NCBI GenBank assembly: GCA_038208905.1
Contig: JBBQYG010000001.1
Span: forward strand, 1 to 64,000
Reading direction: 5' to 3'
Length of the DNA stretch: 64,000 nucleotides
From: Candidatus Sumerlaeia bacterium
Lineage (GTDB): Bacteria; Sumerlaeota; Sumerlaeia; SLMS01
Part shown: in pieces, positions 37,708 to 47,711 of the stretch
Layout: each line of letters begins with the position of its first letter
Numbering within the stretch: the stretch's first letter is position 1
Position numbers and translations under genes: made by a program
Notes under the pieces: generated by a model
Seen by the model: only the letters and a program-made list of their open reading frames with translations
The model's database searches: none
What the model was told of the DNA's origin: nothing

Positions 37708-40395
37708 CTAGCACCTAGCCCAATTCTCCCCCACCGACACATCCACCCGGATCGGGACATCAAGGGGGAGGGCGTTGGCCATCTCGTCACGGACGAGGAT
37801 GGTGAGGCGGTCCACCTCGGGGAGGGGGGTGTCGAAGATGAGTTCGTCGTGGACTTGCAGGATCATGCGGGAGGCAAGCCCCTCGGCCTTGATTCGGGGG
37901 GCGATGCGCAACATGGCGGCCTTGATCATGTCGGCGCTGGTCCCTTGGATCGGCGTGTTGACGGCGATGCGTTCGGCAAAGTTCCGCTGGTTGGCGTTGC
38001 GCGCGTTGATGTCTGAGACAAAGCGGCGGCGACCCAGCAGCGTGGTCACGTAGCCATCGCGGCGCGCGGCCTCCTTGGTTTCCTCGATGAAGCGGGCCAC
38101 GCCGGAATAGATGCGGAAGTAATCGTCGATGAAGCGCTTGGCCTCGGCGCGGCTGATTCCCAGGTCCTTGGAAAGCCGGAAGTCCGACATGCCGTAGATG
38201 ATCCCGAAGTTGATGGCCTTGGCCTGGCCGCGCATCGCGGAGCTGACCTCTGCCTCGGGGATTCCGAAGACCTTGGAGGCCGTGAGCGTATGCACGTCGC
38301 CGCCGGTGCGGAAGGCCTCGCGCAGGGCCTCGTCACCGCTCAGATGCGCGAGGATGCGGAGCTCGATCTGGGAATAGTCGGCGGAAACGAGAACCCATCC
38401 GTCGGCGCGCGGGAGAAAGCCCTCGCGGATGCGGCGCCCCGCCTCCGTGCGGATGGGGATGTTCTGCAAGTTTGGATTCGAGCTGGAGAGCCGGCCCGTG
38501 GCGGCGATGGTCTGGTTGAAGCTCGTGTGGAGGCGACCCGTCTGGGGATGCACCATGCCGGGTAGCGGTTCGAGGTACGTGTTGCGCAGCTTTTCCACCT
38601 GGCGAAATTCCAGCAACTTGCGCGGGAGTGGATGCTTGTCCTCCAGCTCCTCGAGCACGGAAACGTCGGTGGAGTAGGTGCCGGACTTCCCCTTTTTGCC
38701 GGTGGGGAGTTTCAGCTCGTCGAAGAGGATCGCGCCCACCTGCTTGGGGGAGTTGATGTTAAAGAAGCGCCCGGCAATGCGGTGGATTTCCTCCGCGTGG
38801 CGGGCGAGTTCCCTTTCCGCCTCCTTGGAGAGGCGCTGGAAGTGGTCGCGGTCGATGCGGACGCCTTCCATTTCCATCTCGGCGAGGATCGATTCGAGGG
38901 GGAGTTCGACCTCTCGATAGAGCCGGTCCATCCCTGCCTCGGCCACCTTGGGCGCAAGGTGGCGGCATAGCTGAAGCGTGGCGTCGGCATCCTGGCAGGC
39001 ATATCGGCCCGAGTCCTCGATGGTGACACCGGCCATCGTGACCATGTCGTCTCCGCCGCCGATGAGTTCGGAGATCTCGGTCATCTTGATGCCAAGAAGC
39101 GAGACGGCCATTTCCTTGAGGCGCAGGGAATTCGACCGGTCGGGCGCGAGCAGGAATCCCGCGATCATCGAGTCGCCCGCGATGACGCACGGCGGGAATC
39201 CGGCCCGGCCCAGAATCTTGCAGTCGTAGTTCCAATTGTGCGCGACCCAGCGGATCGCGGGGTCGGAAAGGAGGGGACCGAGCACCGCGCGCACGTCATC
39301 GAGCGCAAGCTGTGGCTCAGAACCGCCGTGGCCGACGGGGAGATACACGGCCTGATTCGTGGCCCACGAAATCGAGATGCCGACGAGGCTCGCCACGAGC
39401 GCGTCGAGGTCGGTGGTCTCGGTGTCGATGGAGGCCTCGCCCGCGGAGCGGATCGCGCTCGCGGCATCCTCCAGTTCCGCGCGCGTGCGCAGGACGCGGT
39501 AGTCAACGGTGCGCTCTTCGACGGTGGCGCCGCCGAGATCGGCGAGGAGCGATTGGAAGTTCATCTCGCGATAGAACTCGCGCAGCTCTGGCGTCGGCAC
39601 GTAGGACCAGAGGAACGCATCCCAGTCGAAGGACGCGATGCAGTCTGTATCGAGCGTTGCCAGCTTTTCCGACAGGCGAACCGCTTCGGGCTGGGTGCGG
39701 AGGAACTCCGCCACCTTTGCGGGCTTCACCGCGTCGGCGTTGGCGATGATGGCCTCGATGGTGCCGTACTCGGCGAGGAGCTTGGCGGCGCCCTTCGCTC
39801 CGCAGCCTGGCACGCCGGGAATGTTATCCGCCGTGTCGCCGACGATGCCGAGGTAGGCGGCGATTTGGTTGGGGCGAACGCCCATCTTCTCAAAGACGCC
39901 CTGCTCGTCCAGCAGTTCGGTCTTCTGAAGATGCTCTCGCAGGACCTTGATCCCCGGGCGGACGATCTGGAGAAGGTCCTTGTCGGAGGAGCAGACGAGG
40001 GCCTCTCCCCCGCTCTCCGCCGCGCGGAGCGCCAGTGCGGCCAGCGCGTCGTCGGCCTCGAAGCCATCGAGTGTGACCATCGGCACGCGCAGGATGCCGA
40101 GCAGTTCCTTCACGCGATGGTACTGAATCTTGAGGTCGTCGGGCGTGGGGGGGCGGTGGGCCTTGTACTCGGCAAAGAGGTTGTCGCGAAAGGACTTGCC
40201 GGGGGCGTCGAACACGACGGCGACGTGCTGGAGGCCATGCTGCCGCTGGAGGCGGAAGAAGGTGGAGATGAACCCGTAGATGGCCGACGTTGGCTCCCCG
40301 CGCGCGTTGGTCAGCTGCTCGCGGATCGCGTGGTAGGCCTTGTAGAGGTTCGAGTGACCATCGATGAGGACGAGGGTCTTTCCGGAGTTGCTCAT
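37708..40395 (-). CDS. polA: DNA polymerase I
   Basis: 5'-3' exonuclease (LIDG, EADD, DKD), 3'-5' exonuclease (DTETT) and polymerase (ATGRLSSSNPNLQNIP, ADYSQIELR, AKAINFGIIYG, QVHDEL) motifs. Confidence 0.98.
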   Translation of the reverse strand: MSNSGKTLVLIDGHSNLYKAYHAIREQLTNARGEPTSAIYGFISTFFRLQRQHGLQHVAVVFDAPGKSFRDNLFAEYKAHRPPTPDDLKIQYHRVKELLGILRVPMVTLDGFEADDALAALALRAAESGGEALVCSSDKDLLQIVRPGIKVLREHLQKTELLDEQGVFEKMGVRPNQIAAYLGIVGDTADNIPGVPGCGAKGAAKLLAEYGTIEAIIANADAVKPAKVAEFLRTQPEAVRLSEKLATLDTDCIASFDWDAFLWSYVPTPELREFYREMNFQSLLADLGGATVEERTVDYRVLRTRAELEDAASAIRSAGEASIDTETTDLDALVASLVGISISWATNQAVYLPVGHGGSEPQLALDDVRAVLGPLLSDPAIRWVAHNWNYDCKILGRAGFPPCVIAGDSMIAGFLLAPDRSNSLRLKEMAVSLLGIKMTEISELIGGGDDMVTMAGVTIEDSGRYACQDADATLQLCRHLAPKVAEAGMDRLYREVELPLESILAEMEMEGVRIDRDHFQRLSKEAERELARHAEEIHRIAGRFFNINSPKQVGAILFDELKLPTGKKGKSGTYSTDVSVLEELEDKHPLPRKLLEFRQVEKLRNTYLEPLPGMVHPQTGRLHTSFNQTIAATGRLSSSNPNLQNIPIRTEAGRRIREGFLPRADGWVLVSADYSQIELRILAHLSGDEALREAFRTGGDVHTLTASKVFGIPEAEVSSAMRGQAKAINFGIIYGMSDFRLSKDLGISRAEAKRFIDDYFRIYSGVARFIEETKEAARRDGYVTTLLGRRRFVSDINARNANQRNFAERIAVNTPIQGTSADMIKAAMLRIAPRIKAEGLASRMILQVHDELIFDTPLPEVDRLTILVRDEMANALPLDVPIRVDVSVGENWARC

Positions 40396-40427
40396 GGGGG
40401 CGGGCTGCCGTGCGCGGGGGAGGGAAT

Positions 40428-40460
40428 GAAACGCGCCCCGGGAAAAAGCCCCGGGGCGCG
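40428..40460 (-). terminator. Probable terminator hairpin after the secretin gene
   Basis: On the minus strand CGCGCCCCGG / CCGGGGCGCG stem followed by TTTC (short U tract). Confidence 0.55.
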
Positions 40461-40485
40461 AAGGTGAGGCGGCTTGGCGGGGGTG

Positions 40486-43400
40486 TTAGTCCTTCACGAC
40501 GTTACCGGTGAGGAAGATGAGGAGCGTAATCTTGTCCTCGGTGTTCTGGGTCCGGTTGAATAGGTACTTGCCGATGAAGGGAATGTCGCGGAGAATCGGG
40601 ACGCCGGACTCGAGGTCCTGCGTGCGCTCCGACCGCCATCCACCGAGGACCACCGTGCCGCCGTCCTTGATGCGGGCCCTGGTGGTCAGTTCCTTGCGGA
40701 TGCGGCCCACGTCGGCGAAGCGGCTGGCCTGGGGAAGCGTGGTGGCGGGAGCGAGTGCCGACACCGCAGAGGGATCAAGGGTGACGATCTGACCGATGTT
40801 CTGATCGATGTCCTCCATATTCACGTCGATATCCAGCGTGATGTTGCCCGCGCGGGTGACGTTGGGGGTGATCGAGAGATCGACAGGCGTCAGGCCCGTG
40901 ACCAAGCTGAGCTGCTGGTTGCCGCCGCCGGTCGCGCCGCCACCAGTTGCTCCCTCGATGGGGCGGGGCGAGCCGAACGAGCGCTCGACGATGAAGTCGG
41001 CGGTTTCGGTATTCAGCACCGTGACGCGGGGTCCGTTGACGACGTTGATGATTCCCTGGGCCTCGAGCACGCGAAGCGTGAACGAGATGGGGGAGCTGCC
41101 GTTGCTGACCAGGTAGTTGAAGACGGTCGAGCCCTTGAGGAGGTTTGCGGCCTCGTTCCCCTCGACGGGGGCCTCGAAGGGGCTGCGGAACTCGTCGCGG
41201 TCCTGAGCGAATCGCGAACCGAGAAGAGAATCCGAGAGATCGAAGCCATCGGTCAGGTTGCCGATCGTGAACTCCGGCTTGATTTCCTTGGCCTTGTTGC
41301 TGGCCACCTCGACGAACTTGATCTCGATATCGACCTGAAGCGTCGGGATGTCCAGCGTGCGGACCCAGAACTCCACGCGGCGGAGCTCTTCGATGCTGTC
41401 GTACTCGACGAAGATGGCGTTCAGGTTCTCGATCTCGACGATGGTGAGGCCGGTTTCGGCGCGAACCTGATCGCGCTGGGCCTCGACGTCGGCCTGAGCC
41501 TGATCCTGCACTTGGGTGTCGCCGCCGCCGGTGTTTCCGCCGGGGACGAAGCGGATGGTCAAACGGACTCGGCCTTCGCCGGGCGTGTTGGAGGGCTTGA
41601 TGTCATCGGCGACGATCTCGAAGTCCTCGACGAATTGCGAGCGGAACTCCTCGATGGTGACATCCTGGCTGGTGGTGCCGGTGCGGACGACCATCTCCAC
41701 GCTGTCGTCGTTATCGTCCACGGTGTCATTCTCGTTCACGCGCGTAACCCGGAAGTTGCCGCCGTTGAAGTCGAAGTCGTCCTGGACGCCAAGCGTCTGA
41801 TTGACCTCGGTGCCGCTGGACGCGCTGGAATCCGCGCTGGCGCTGATTCCGAGGAAGGACTCGATCTGGCCGGCCAGATCGGCGGCATTGGCGTGATCGA
41901 GGAAGATGATCTTGCTGCGCCGACGCGCATCGATCTGGGGAAGGTTCTCGATGAAGTTCTGCACCGTGGCGATGCGGTCGGCCGTGTCGGTGATGGTGAG
42001 CTGGAGGGAGGCCGGGTCGTACCAGAGGCGACGGCCCTCGGCCTCCGCCTTGCTGTAGCCGTCCTGCGAGTAGAGGAGCGTCTCGACGACCGAGCGCACC
42101 TGATCCGCGAAGGCGCGGGCAAGGTCGGGGTTGTCGGCGAACTGGGTGATCGGCGTCAGGTTGAAGGTGGCGATGGTGAGCTCATTGCTGTAGAACTTGG
42201 CGAGGAAGTTCTGGTCCTGCAGGATATTGCGGACCTTCTGAACGTTGTCGGCGGTGTCCTTGATGATAAGGGTGCTGCCCTCGATGATGAGCTTGCGCTC
42301 GGGGTTGAAGGGCTGGAGGTCGTCGGCGACGAGGAGGGCGGAGAGGAGCGCCTTGATCTCGGGGGCCTTGGACTCGTCGATCTCGTAGCTATCGAAGATG
42401 AGCTGCGTGCGCTGCTGGCCGCGCAGGCTCTCCTGAATCTTGCGGATCTTGGAGATGTTGGCCTCGGAATCCGTGACGATCAGCAGGTTGCGGGCGGTAT
42501 CGAGGAGGATCTCCTGGCCGAGGAGGCTGGGAACGCCCTTCTCACCGTAAAGCAGGCGCGGAAGCGTGCCGCCCTCGATGAGGGACTCGATGGTGGATAT
42601 CTGGTCGGGAGCGAGGCGGAAGACCTCGGTGCGCAGGTCGGGTTCGATGATAACGATGCTCTTGCCCGGTTCGCGGCGCCAGCGGAGGCCGATGGGAAGC
42701 AGCGCGGAATCGAGCACCTCGTGCAGGGCCACGTCTTCCCAGGCGCCCTCGATCTTGGCATTCACTTCGCCGACGATGGAAAAGTCGATGCCCGAGAGCA
42801 CGCGCAGGTTCTGGAGGAAATCCGCGAGGGACATGGCGCCGATGGTCCGCAGGGGAATCGGCGTGTTCATCTTCTCGACGGCGTCGGCCTCACTCTGCTC
42901 AAGGTTCCGCTTTGCGGCCTCGTTGGCCTGGAGGGCGTTGTACTCGGCTTCCGTGCCGGCGAGGTAGGAATCGGGCTTGAGGAACGAAGGATCGAGGTCC
43001 TTGGCATCCAGCCAGCGCTGACGGGCGCGGGCGAGTTCACCCTTCTTGTAGAGGGAAACGCCCTCGTCATAGGCCATCTCGGCCTGACGGGTGCGCTCCT
43101 TGGAGAGGCGTTCGACATCGGCCTTGGCCGCGGCTTCCTGTGCCTTGACGGCGGCATCGGCCTTGGCAACCGCGGCTGCGGGAGTGGGGGCGGTCGCTTC
43201 GACAGGGGGAACCGGGGTGGGGGCCGGTGTGAACTGGGCGGCGGGGGCGTTGGCAAAGGGGCTGTCGGGGACGCCGGGCGCGGGGGCAGGCGTGGGCGCC
43301 GGAGCGGAAGCGAAGGGGCTGTCGGGAACGGTCGCGGCGGCAGCCGACACGGGGCGTTCGATGACGACAGGAGGCGCGGGAGTGGGAGCAGGCGTCGGGG

Positions 43401-44748
43401 CGGGCGTGGGCTTGGGAGCCTCGGCCACCACGGCGGTCTTCTTGACGGCCTCGGCGGCCGCCTTCTTGTCGTCTTCTGCCTTCTTGGCGGCAGCGGCGAG
43501 GGCCTTCTTCTCTTCTCCGGCCTTCTTGACTGCGGCCGCGTCGGCGATCTTCTTGTCCTCCGCAGCCTTCTTCGCGGCAGCGGCTTCGCCGACCTTCTTA
43601 TCGTCCTCGTCCTTCTTTGCGAGAGCGGCTGCCTTCTTGTCGTCTTCCGCCTTCTTCGCCGCAGCGGCCTTCTTATCGGCGTCCACGGACTTCATGGCGG
43701 AGGAGCTTGCTGCTCCCAGCGACTTGTTGGCCGACTCGAGGCCCTTCTTGGCCTTGGAGTTTGTGGGCGCGGAGGCGAGCACGGCCGCGTAGGCCTTGGC
43801 GGCGCCATCGTAGTTCTTCGCCTTAAGCAGGCGATCGGCGGCGGCGAGGTCCTCCCCGAGCTTCCGCTCCTGAGAGGCGGCGACGAACTTCTTCTCCTCG
43901 GAGCCAATCTTGGCGAGGAGGGAAGTGGCGGGCTTGTTCTGCTTATCGAGCGCGAAAACGCGGCCGACGGTCTGGCGGGACTTGTCGAACTGGTTGGCCT
44001 TGAGTTCCGCGCTGGCGGTCTTCAGGAGGCCATCGATCGCGGTCTTGTTCTTGGCGGCGTTGAAGGCGGATTCCTCTTTGGCAATCCGGGCGGAGAGCTT
44101 ATCGAGGTCATTCTTGAAGAGCCCCTTGGCGGTCTCGCGCGCGGCGGCCTCGTTCCGGCGGGCCTCGTCGAAACGCTTCTCCTTGGAGGCGCGTTCGGCG
44201 GCCTTGATCCGGTCGCCCACAGCCTTCTCGAGGGATTCTTCGAGGCCCTTGGTGCGCTCCTTCTCGATGCGCTCGCGAAGGCTCTTGGCGCGTGAGTTGG
44301 CCGGGTCGAGTTCCAGTGCCTTGGTGACCTCGACGGCGGCTTCGTCATAGCGGCCTGCATTGCGGCGGTCGTCCGCGGAACGCAGGATGCTGGACACTCG
44401 CTCTGCGCGGGCGCTGGCGACGGCGGCTTGCTCGGCCGCGGCGATATCCTTGGCGAGCTGGTCGAGACCGGGCGCCTTGGGATCGGCGGCGCGCGCCCTC
44501 TCGAGGAACTCGCGGGCGGCGGAAAACTGCTCCTTCTTCAACTCGGCGCGAGCCGACTTGAGGAGCTGTTCCGCCTGAGCGGTGCCATTGGTTTTCTTGG
44601 CATCGGTCTGGCTGGACTTGGATGCGGTGTCGTTGGGGGCCGATTGGATCGCCACCGGTGCCAGCATGAGGCTGGCAGCCAGAGTGGCTTGGATAGCCAC
44701 GCCTCCGGTTAGCTTTCGTAGGCAACGCCTGCTGCTCTGCCGATTCAT
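40486..44748 (-). CDS. Giant secretin (PilQ/GspD family) with N-terminal TPR repeats and Lys/Ala- and Pro/Ala-rich linkers
   Basis: C-terminal secretin motifs LDIPTLQVDIEIKFVEV, PRVTVLN, LSITPNV, RIKDGGTVVLGG, GVPILRDIPFIGKYLF, LLIFLT. Signal peptide present; located downstream of pilMN. Confidence 0.9.
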   Translation of the reverse strand: MNRQSSRRCLRKLTGGVAIQATLAASLMLAPVAIQSAPNDTASKSSQTDAKKTNGTAQAEQLLKSARAELKKEQFSAAREFLERARAADPKAPGLDQLAKDIAAAEQAAVASARAERVSSILRSADDRRNAGRYDEAAVEVTKALELDPANSRAKSLRERIEKERTKGLEESLEKAVGDRIKAAERASKEKRFDEARRNEAAARETAKGLFKNDLDKLSARIAKEESAFNAAKNKTAIDGLLKTASAELKANQFDKSRQTVGRVFALDKQNKPATSLLAKIGSEEKKFVAASQERKLGEDLAAADRLLKAKNYDGAAKAYAAVLASAPTNSKAKKGLESANKSLGAASSSAMKSVDADKKAAAAKKAEDDKKAAALAKKDEDDKKVGEAAAAKKAAEDKKIADAAAVKKAGEEKKALAAAAKKAEDDKKAAAEAVKKTAVVAEAPKPTPAPTPAPTPAPPVVIERPVSAAAATVPDSPFASAPAPTPAPAPGVPDSPFANAPAAQFTPAPTPVPPVEATAPTPAAAVAKADAAVKAQEAAAKADVERLSKERTRQAEMAYDEGVSLYKKGELARARQRWLDAKDLDPSFLKPDSYLAGTEAEYNALQANEAAKRNLEQSEADAVEKMNTPIPLRTIGAMSLADFLQNLRVLSGIDFSIVGEVNAKIEGAWEDVALHEVLDSALLPIGLRWRREPGKSIVIIEPDLRTEVFRLAPDQISTIESLIEGGTLPRLLYGEKGVPSLLGQEILLDTARNLLIVTDSEANISKIRKIQESLRGQQRTQLIFDSYEIDESKAPEIKALLSALLVADDLQPFNPERKLIIEGSTLIIKDTADNVQKVRNILQDQNFLAKFYSNELTIATFNLTPITQFADNPDLARAFADQVRSVVETLLYSQDGYSKAEAEGRRLWYDPASLQLTITDTADRIATVQNFIENLPQIDARRRSKIIFLDHANAADLAGQIESFLGISASADSSASSGTEVNQTLGVQDDFDFNGGNFRVTRVNENDTVDDNDDSVEMVVRTGTTSQDVTIEEFRSQFVEDFEIVADDIKPSNTPGEGRVRLTIRFVPGGNTGGGDTQVQDQAQADVEAQRDQVRAETGLTIVEIENLNAIFVEYDSIEELRRVEFWVRTLDIPTLQVDIEIKFVEVASNKAKEIKPEFTIGNLTDGFDLSDSLLGSRFAQDRDEFRSPFEAPVEGNEAANLLKGSTVFNYLVSNGSSPISFTLRVLEAQGIINVVNGPRVTVLNTETADFIVERSFGSPRPIEGATGGGATGGGNQQLSLVTGLTPVDLSITPNVTRAGNITLDIDVNMEDIDQNIGQIVTLDPSAVSALAPATTLPQASRFADVGRIRKELTTRARIKDGGTVVLGGWRSERTQDLESGVPILRDIPFIGKYLFNRTQNTEDKITLLIFLTGNVVKD
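43440..43690 (-). repeat. Intragenic TolA-like DKKAAAAKKAE repeats in the secretin
   Basis: About 6 degenerate units (DKKAAAAKKAED, DKKAAALAKKDED, DKKVGEAAAAKKAAE...). Confidence 0.8.
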
Positions 44749-44913
44749 AGGCCTCGTGCATCTCCTTGGTTTTCCACTACCAAGACAACCTTACTCGTCT
44801 CCGGGGGCTTCAATCCACCCGGCAACCGAAAAGGTGTCAAGGAAACAGATGGGCTCTTTTCGCGGTCCATCATCATCGCTGCAATCCTGTGGTGCACTCC
44901 GAAATGCTGTAAA

Positions 44914-45456
44914 TCATGGGGTTGGCGCCACCGGTTGATCCGGCACGGGAGTCGGGGCGGTAATGGCGGCAATCTGGTTCTGTAGGTCCAGCGCCTCCCG
45001 GTGGGACGGATCACGATCCAGAATCCCGTTCACCACCCGCAGGGCATCGGTATACCGCTTCTCCTTGAAGAAGGACTCCGCATTGCGGTATTCCTTGTTT
45101 AACTCCTCGCGGGCGGCGCCTTCCTCGGTGGTGGACTTGCGGTCGAACATGTTGGGGCGGATCAGCTTCACCGCCTTGGTGTCCTTGGTGATGTCGGTCT
45201 GGGTGGAGATCAACTTCCCCTCCACGGCCATGATCGCATCGCGGTAGACGGGGACCACCTTGTCCTTCATCCGCTCGGAGGGAAGCAGGATCGTGAATTC
45301 CTTGGGTGTGGGATTGGGCTGCTCTGGTGGCGTGAAGTTGCTTTCGTTCAGCAGCATGTAGCCCGCGAGGCAGAGCAGCCCAACCAGAACCCCGGTCGCC
45401 ACCAAGTCGGCGCGCTTTTGGAGTTTCTCGAGGATTTCCTTCACCTGGTCGTTCAT
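44914..45456 (-). CDS. TM-anchored protein with C-terminal TPR, in the pilO/pilP position
   Basis: Single TM and C-terminal TPR (AESFFKEKRYTDALRVVNGILDRDPSHREA); lies between pilMN and the secretin. Confidence 0.7.
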   Translation of the reverse strand: MNDQVKEILEKLQKRADLVATGVLVGLLCLAGYMLLNESNFTPPEQPNPTPKEFTILLPSERMKDKVVPVYRDAIMAVEGKLISTQTDITKDTKAVKLIRPNMFDRKSTTEEGAAREELNKEYRNAESFFKEKRYTDALRVVNGILDRDPSHREALDLQNQIAAITAPTPVPDQPVAPTP

Positions 45457-45498
45457 CGCGGCATCACCTTGGCGTGTTACCAAATTCCTGCTTTCCTG

Positions 45499-47445
45499 CT
45501 ACTGGCGGCGGCGCGATCCGCCCGCTGGGGGGCCGGGGCGGCGCGGAACCGTCGGATCGCCTTCGAAACCTGTGAATCCTCCACCGGGCTGCGTGCCCGC
45601 CCTTGCGGTGGGAACCGGCGTGGGGGTGATCTTGAGGTGGTTGACCTTGTCGATCATCTTGGTCTTGATCGTGAACCGCTGGACTCCCAGCGGCGAACTG
45701 CCCGCGGGGCCCGCAAGGCTCACGATGTCGTCGATCTCGGGATCGATCAGCGTCCGGCCCTTGAGCTTTTCCTTGATCGCGGAGTTGAACGTCGCGGCGT
45801 CAACCGACTGCTCGCTCTGGGCGACCACCGTCAGCGAGCCATCGTGGCCTGTCTCGATGTCCACGATGGTGATTCCCGGCGGGCGGGCCTCGGCGAGCAG
45901 CGTCAGCACATCGATCCAATAGTCCCGCTGGCCAACGGCCTTGTTGAGGCCCAGGAACTTGTCGGCGATGTCCTGCTGCTCAGCCTGGGCATCGGTGAAG
46001 CGCTTGGACTGGGCGAAGTTCTTGAGGTACTCGCCCTCCAGCGACGAGGCCGCTGCGCCATATTTGACGGAGTAGTCGTTGCCTGCCTGGGAGGCGAAGA
46101 ACACCGTGCCACCCACCACCGCAGCCATGACCGCGGCCACCCGATAGGGGAAGTCGCGGGTGATCTTGCGCTCCTCTGGCAGGAAGTCCACGCGGCAACT
46201 GCCGATGCCCATGCCCTGCAGCGCGAGGCCGATGGCGGGGAGGAACGTTGTGATGGCGCCGAGCGTGTCGGGCCAGCGCAGGGGGCTATCCGCGGGGAGT
46301 TGGTTGGCGATGGAGACGTTCATCGTCAGCTTTTCCTCGAGGTAGGTGTCGATGCCCTTCATCTGGGCCAGGCCGCCGCCCAGAATCACGGAGTCGATCG
46401 CCATGCCGTCGGGCTGGGTGATGTAGAAGTCGAGGGAACGGCGGATTTCCGTCACGATGCGGTCGGCGACTTCGGTCGCCGCGGCGGAGGCGTCCTCGTT
46501 GAGTTGGCCCTCGGATTCGAAATCGAAATTGTAGGACATCAACTGGGTGGAGGTGGTCTTGATCCGCTCGGCGTCGTGGAAGCTCTCCACGGAGCAGCGC
46601 CGCTGGATCGCCTTGGTCATCTCGTTGCCGCCCAGGGGGATCGTGCGGTTGAAGAGGACCATTTCCCCCACGCGCCCGCGGCCCACGGCGAGGTCCATCG
46701 TCGTGGCGCCAAGGTTGATGTAGCCCCTGACTTCCTCGTAAGCGAACTCCGCCGGGGCTTCCTCTTCCGGCGCCGCCTCGGGTTCGGGCTCGGGGGCTGC
46801 CTTGCCCTTCTTGCCAAACTTTGGAATCTGGAAGCCAGCGCCCTTGGCCTTTGCCTTGGGACCGGCGGCTTTTCCCCCGTGGGAGAGCGCGTCGAACAGC
46901 TTGGCGGCCTTGGCCTCGTCCATTCCCACGAATTCAAGCGCGTTGAACACGGCGAAGGACGAGACCCCGATGGCGATGGGCGTCAGGCCGGTCTTCGCGG
47001 CGAGCGCCATGAAGTCACGAACCTCGTCGATTCGGACGGCGGCGAGGAGGACTTCGACTTCGCCCTCGTCGGCTAGTTCGCGGTGCTGATACTGGAGGAT
47101 CGTCTTGTCGAGCGGGAAGGGGATCTGCTGGCGCGCCTCGTACTGGATGATGCGGGCCAGGCGCTCGTCGGAAGTCTTGGGTAGGCGGAAACGCCGGGTG
47201 AAAATCTTCTGTCCAGAGATAGTGAAGATCGCCTTGCGGCTGGAAAAGCGCCCCTTTTTCAGCACTTCGCGGGCAGTCATCGCGATGGCCTGACGAACCT
47301 CGTCGTCGGCCATGCCGGGGGTTGCCCCCGTTGGCGCCGATTCGGCACGGAGGACGCGAACGCCTTTCTTGTCGAGCGCCAATTCGACGATCTTGACCGT
47401 GTTGAAGCCAAGATCGACGCCGAGGCATTGCTTTAGCAGGGGCAT
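45499..47445 (-). CDS. pilM: PilM-PilN fusion (type IV pilus assembly)
   Basis: LGVDLGFNTVKIVEL, EARQQIPFP, RTIPLGGNEMT, EIRRSLDFY, ILGGGLA, AIGLALQG; then PilN-like VDFLP, a TM and WIDVLTLLAEARPPGITI. Confidence 0.9.
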   Translation of the reverse strand: MPLLKQCLGVDLGFNTVKIVELALDKKGVRVLRAESAPTGATPGMADDEVRQAIAMTAREVLKKGRFSSRKAIFTISGQKIFTRRFRLPKTSDERLARIIQYEARQQIPFPLDKTILQYQHRELADEGEVEVLLAAVRIDEVRDFMALAAKTGLTPIAIGVSSFAVFNALEFVGMDEAKAAKLFDALSHGGKAAGPKAKAKGAGFQIPKFGKKGKAAPEPEPEAAPEEEAPAEFAYEEVRGYINLGATTMDLAVGRGRVGEMVLFNRTIPLGGNEMTKAIQRRCSVESFHDAERIKTTSTQLMSYNFDFESEGQLNEDASAAATEVADRIVTEIRRSLDFYITQPDGMAIDSVILGGGLAQMKGIDTYLEEKLTMNVSIANQLPADSPLRWPDTLGAITTFLPAIGLALQGMGIGSCRVDFLPEERKITRDFPYRVAAVMAAVVGGTVFFASQAGNDYSVKYGAAASSLEGEYLKNFAQSKRFTDAQAEQQDIADKFLGLNKAVGQRDYWIDVLTLLAEARPPGITIVDIETGHDGSLTVVAQSEQSVDAATFNSAIKEKLKGRTLIDPEIDDIVSLAGPAGSSPLGVQRFTIKTKMIDKVNHLKITPTPVPTARAGTQPGGGFTGFEGDPTVPRRPGPPAGGSRRRQ

Positions 47446-47561
47446 GTGATGCTAAAGTTTCCTTCCTTGGGGTCGCCGAGCGGTACAACAAGCTTGATGG
47501 GCCGGGCTGCTGAATCCCGGGCCCCCATGACGGCGCGATTCGCGCTCGCACCAGCAACTGA

Positions 47562-47589
47562 CGACTAGCGCTTGCAAGGGCAACGTCAA
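47562..47589 (-). promoter_or_regulatory. Putative sigma70 promoter of pilMN
   Basis: TTGACG-N16-TAGTCG about 115 nt upstream of the start; RBS AAGGAAGG. Confidence 0.35.
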
Positions 47590-47711
47590 TCTCTCCCCCG
47601 GCGGGGCATGGCAGGAGAATGGGCGGACCGGATGGCGGGTGTCCCGCAATGGTCCCCGCAGACTCCGGGGCTCCAACTTTGCCGCCATTGCAGAGTGGGG
47701 TGGTGCAAGGG

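Noticed and set aside
37708-40395. Intein or unusual domain in PolA
   Set aside because: The 895-aa length and domain order are standard, with no intein motifs.
43140-43430. Pro/Ala/Thr repeats as a contingency locus
   Set aside because: The repeats are degenerate at DNA level and in frame, consistent with a protein linker rather than a slippage tract.
41512-44295. 927-aa plus-strand ORF and similar long antisense ORFs (e.g. 27882-29906, 25973-27679, 50076-51950, 61596-63377)
   Set aside because: These are shadow ORFs opposite well-supported genes, expected in high-GC DNA, with no motifs.
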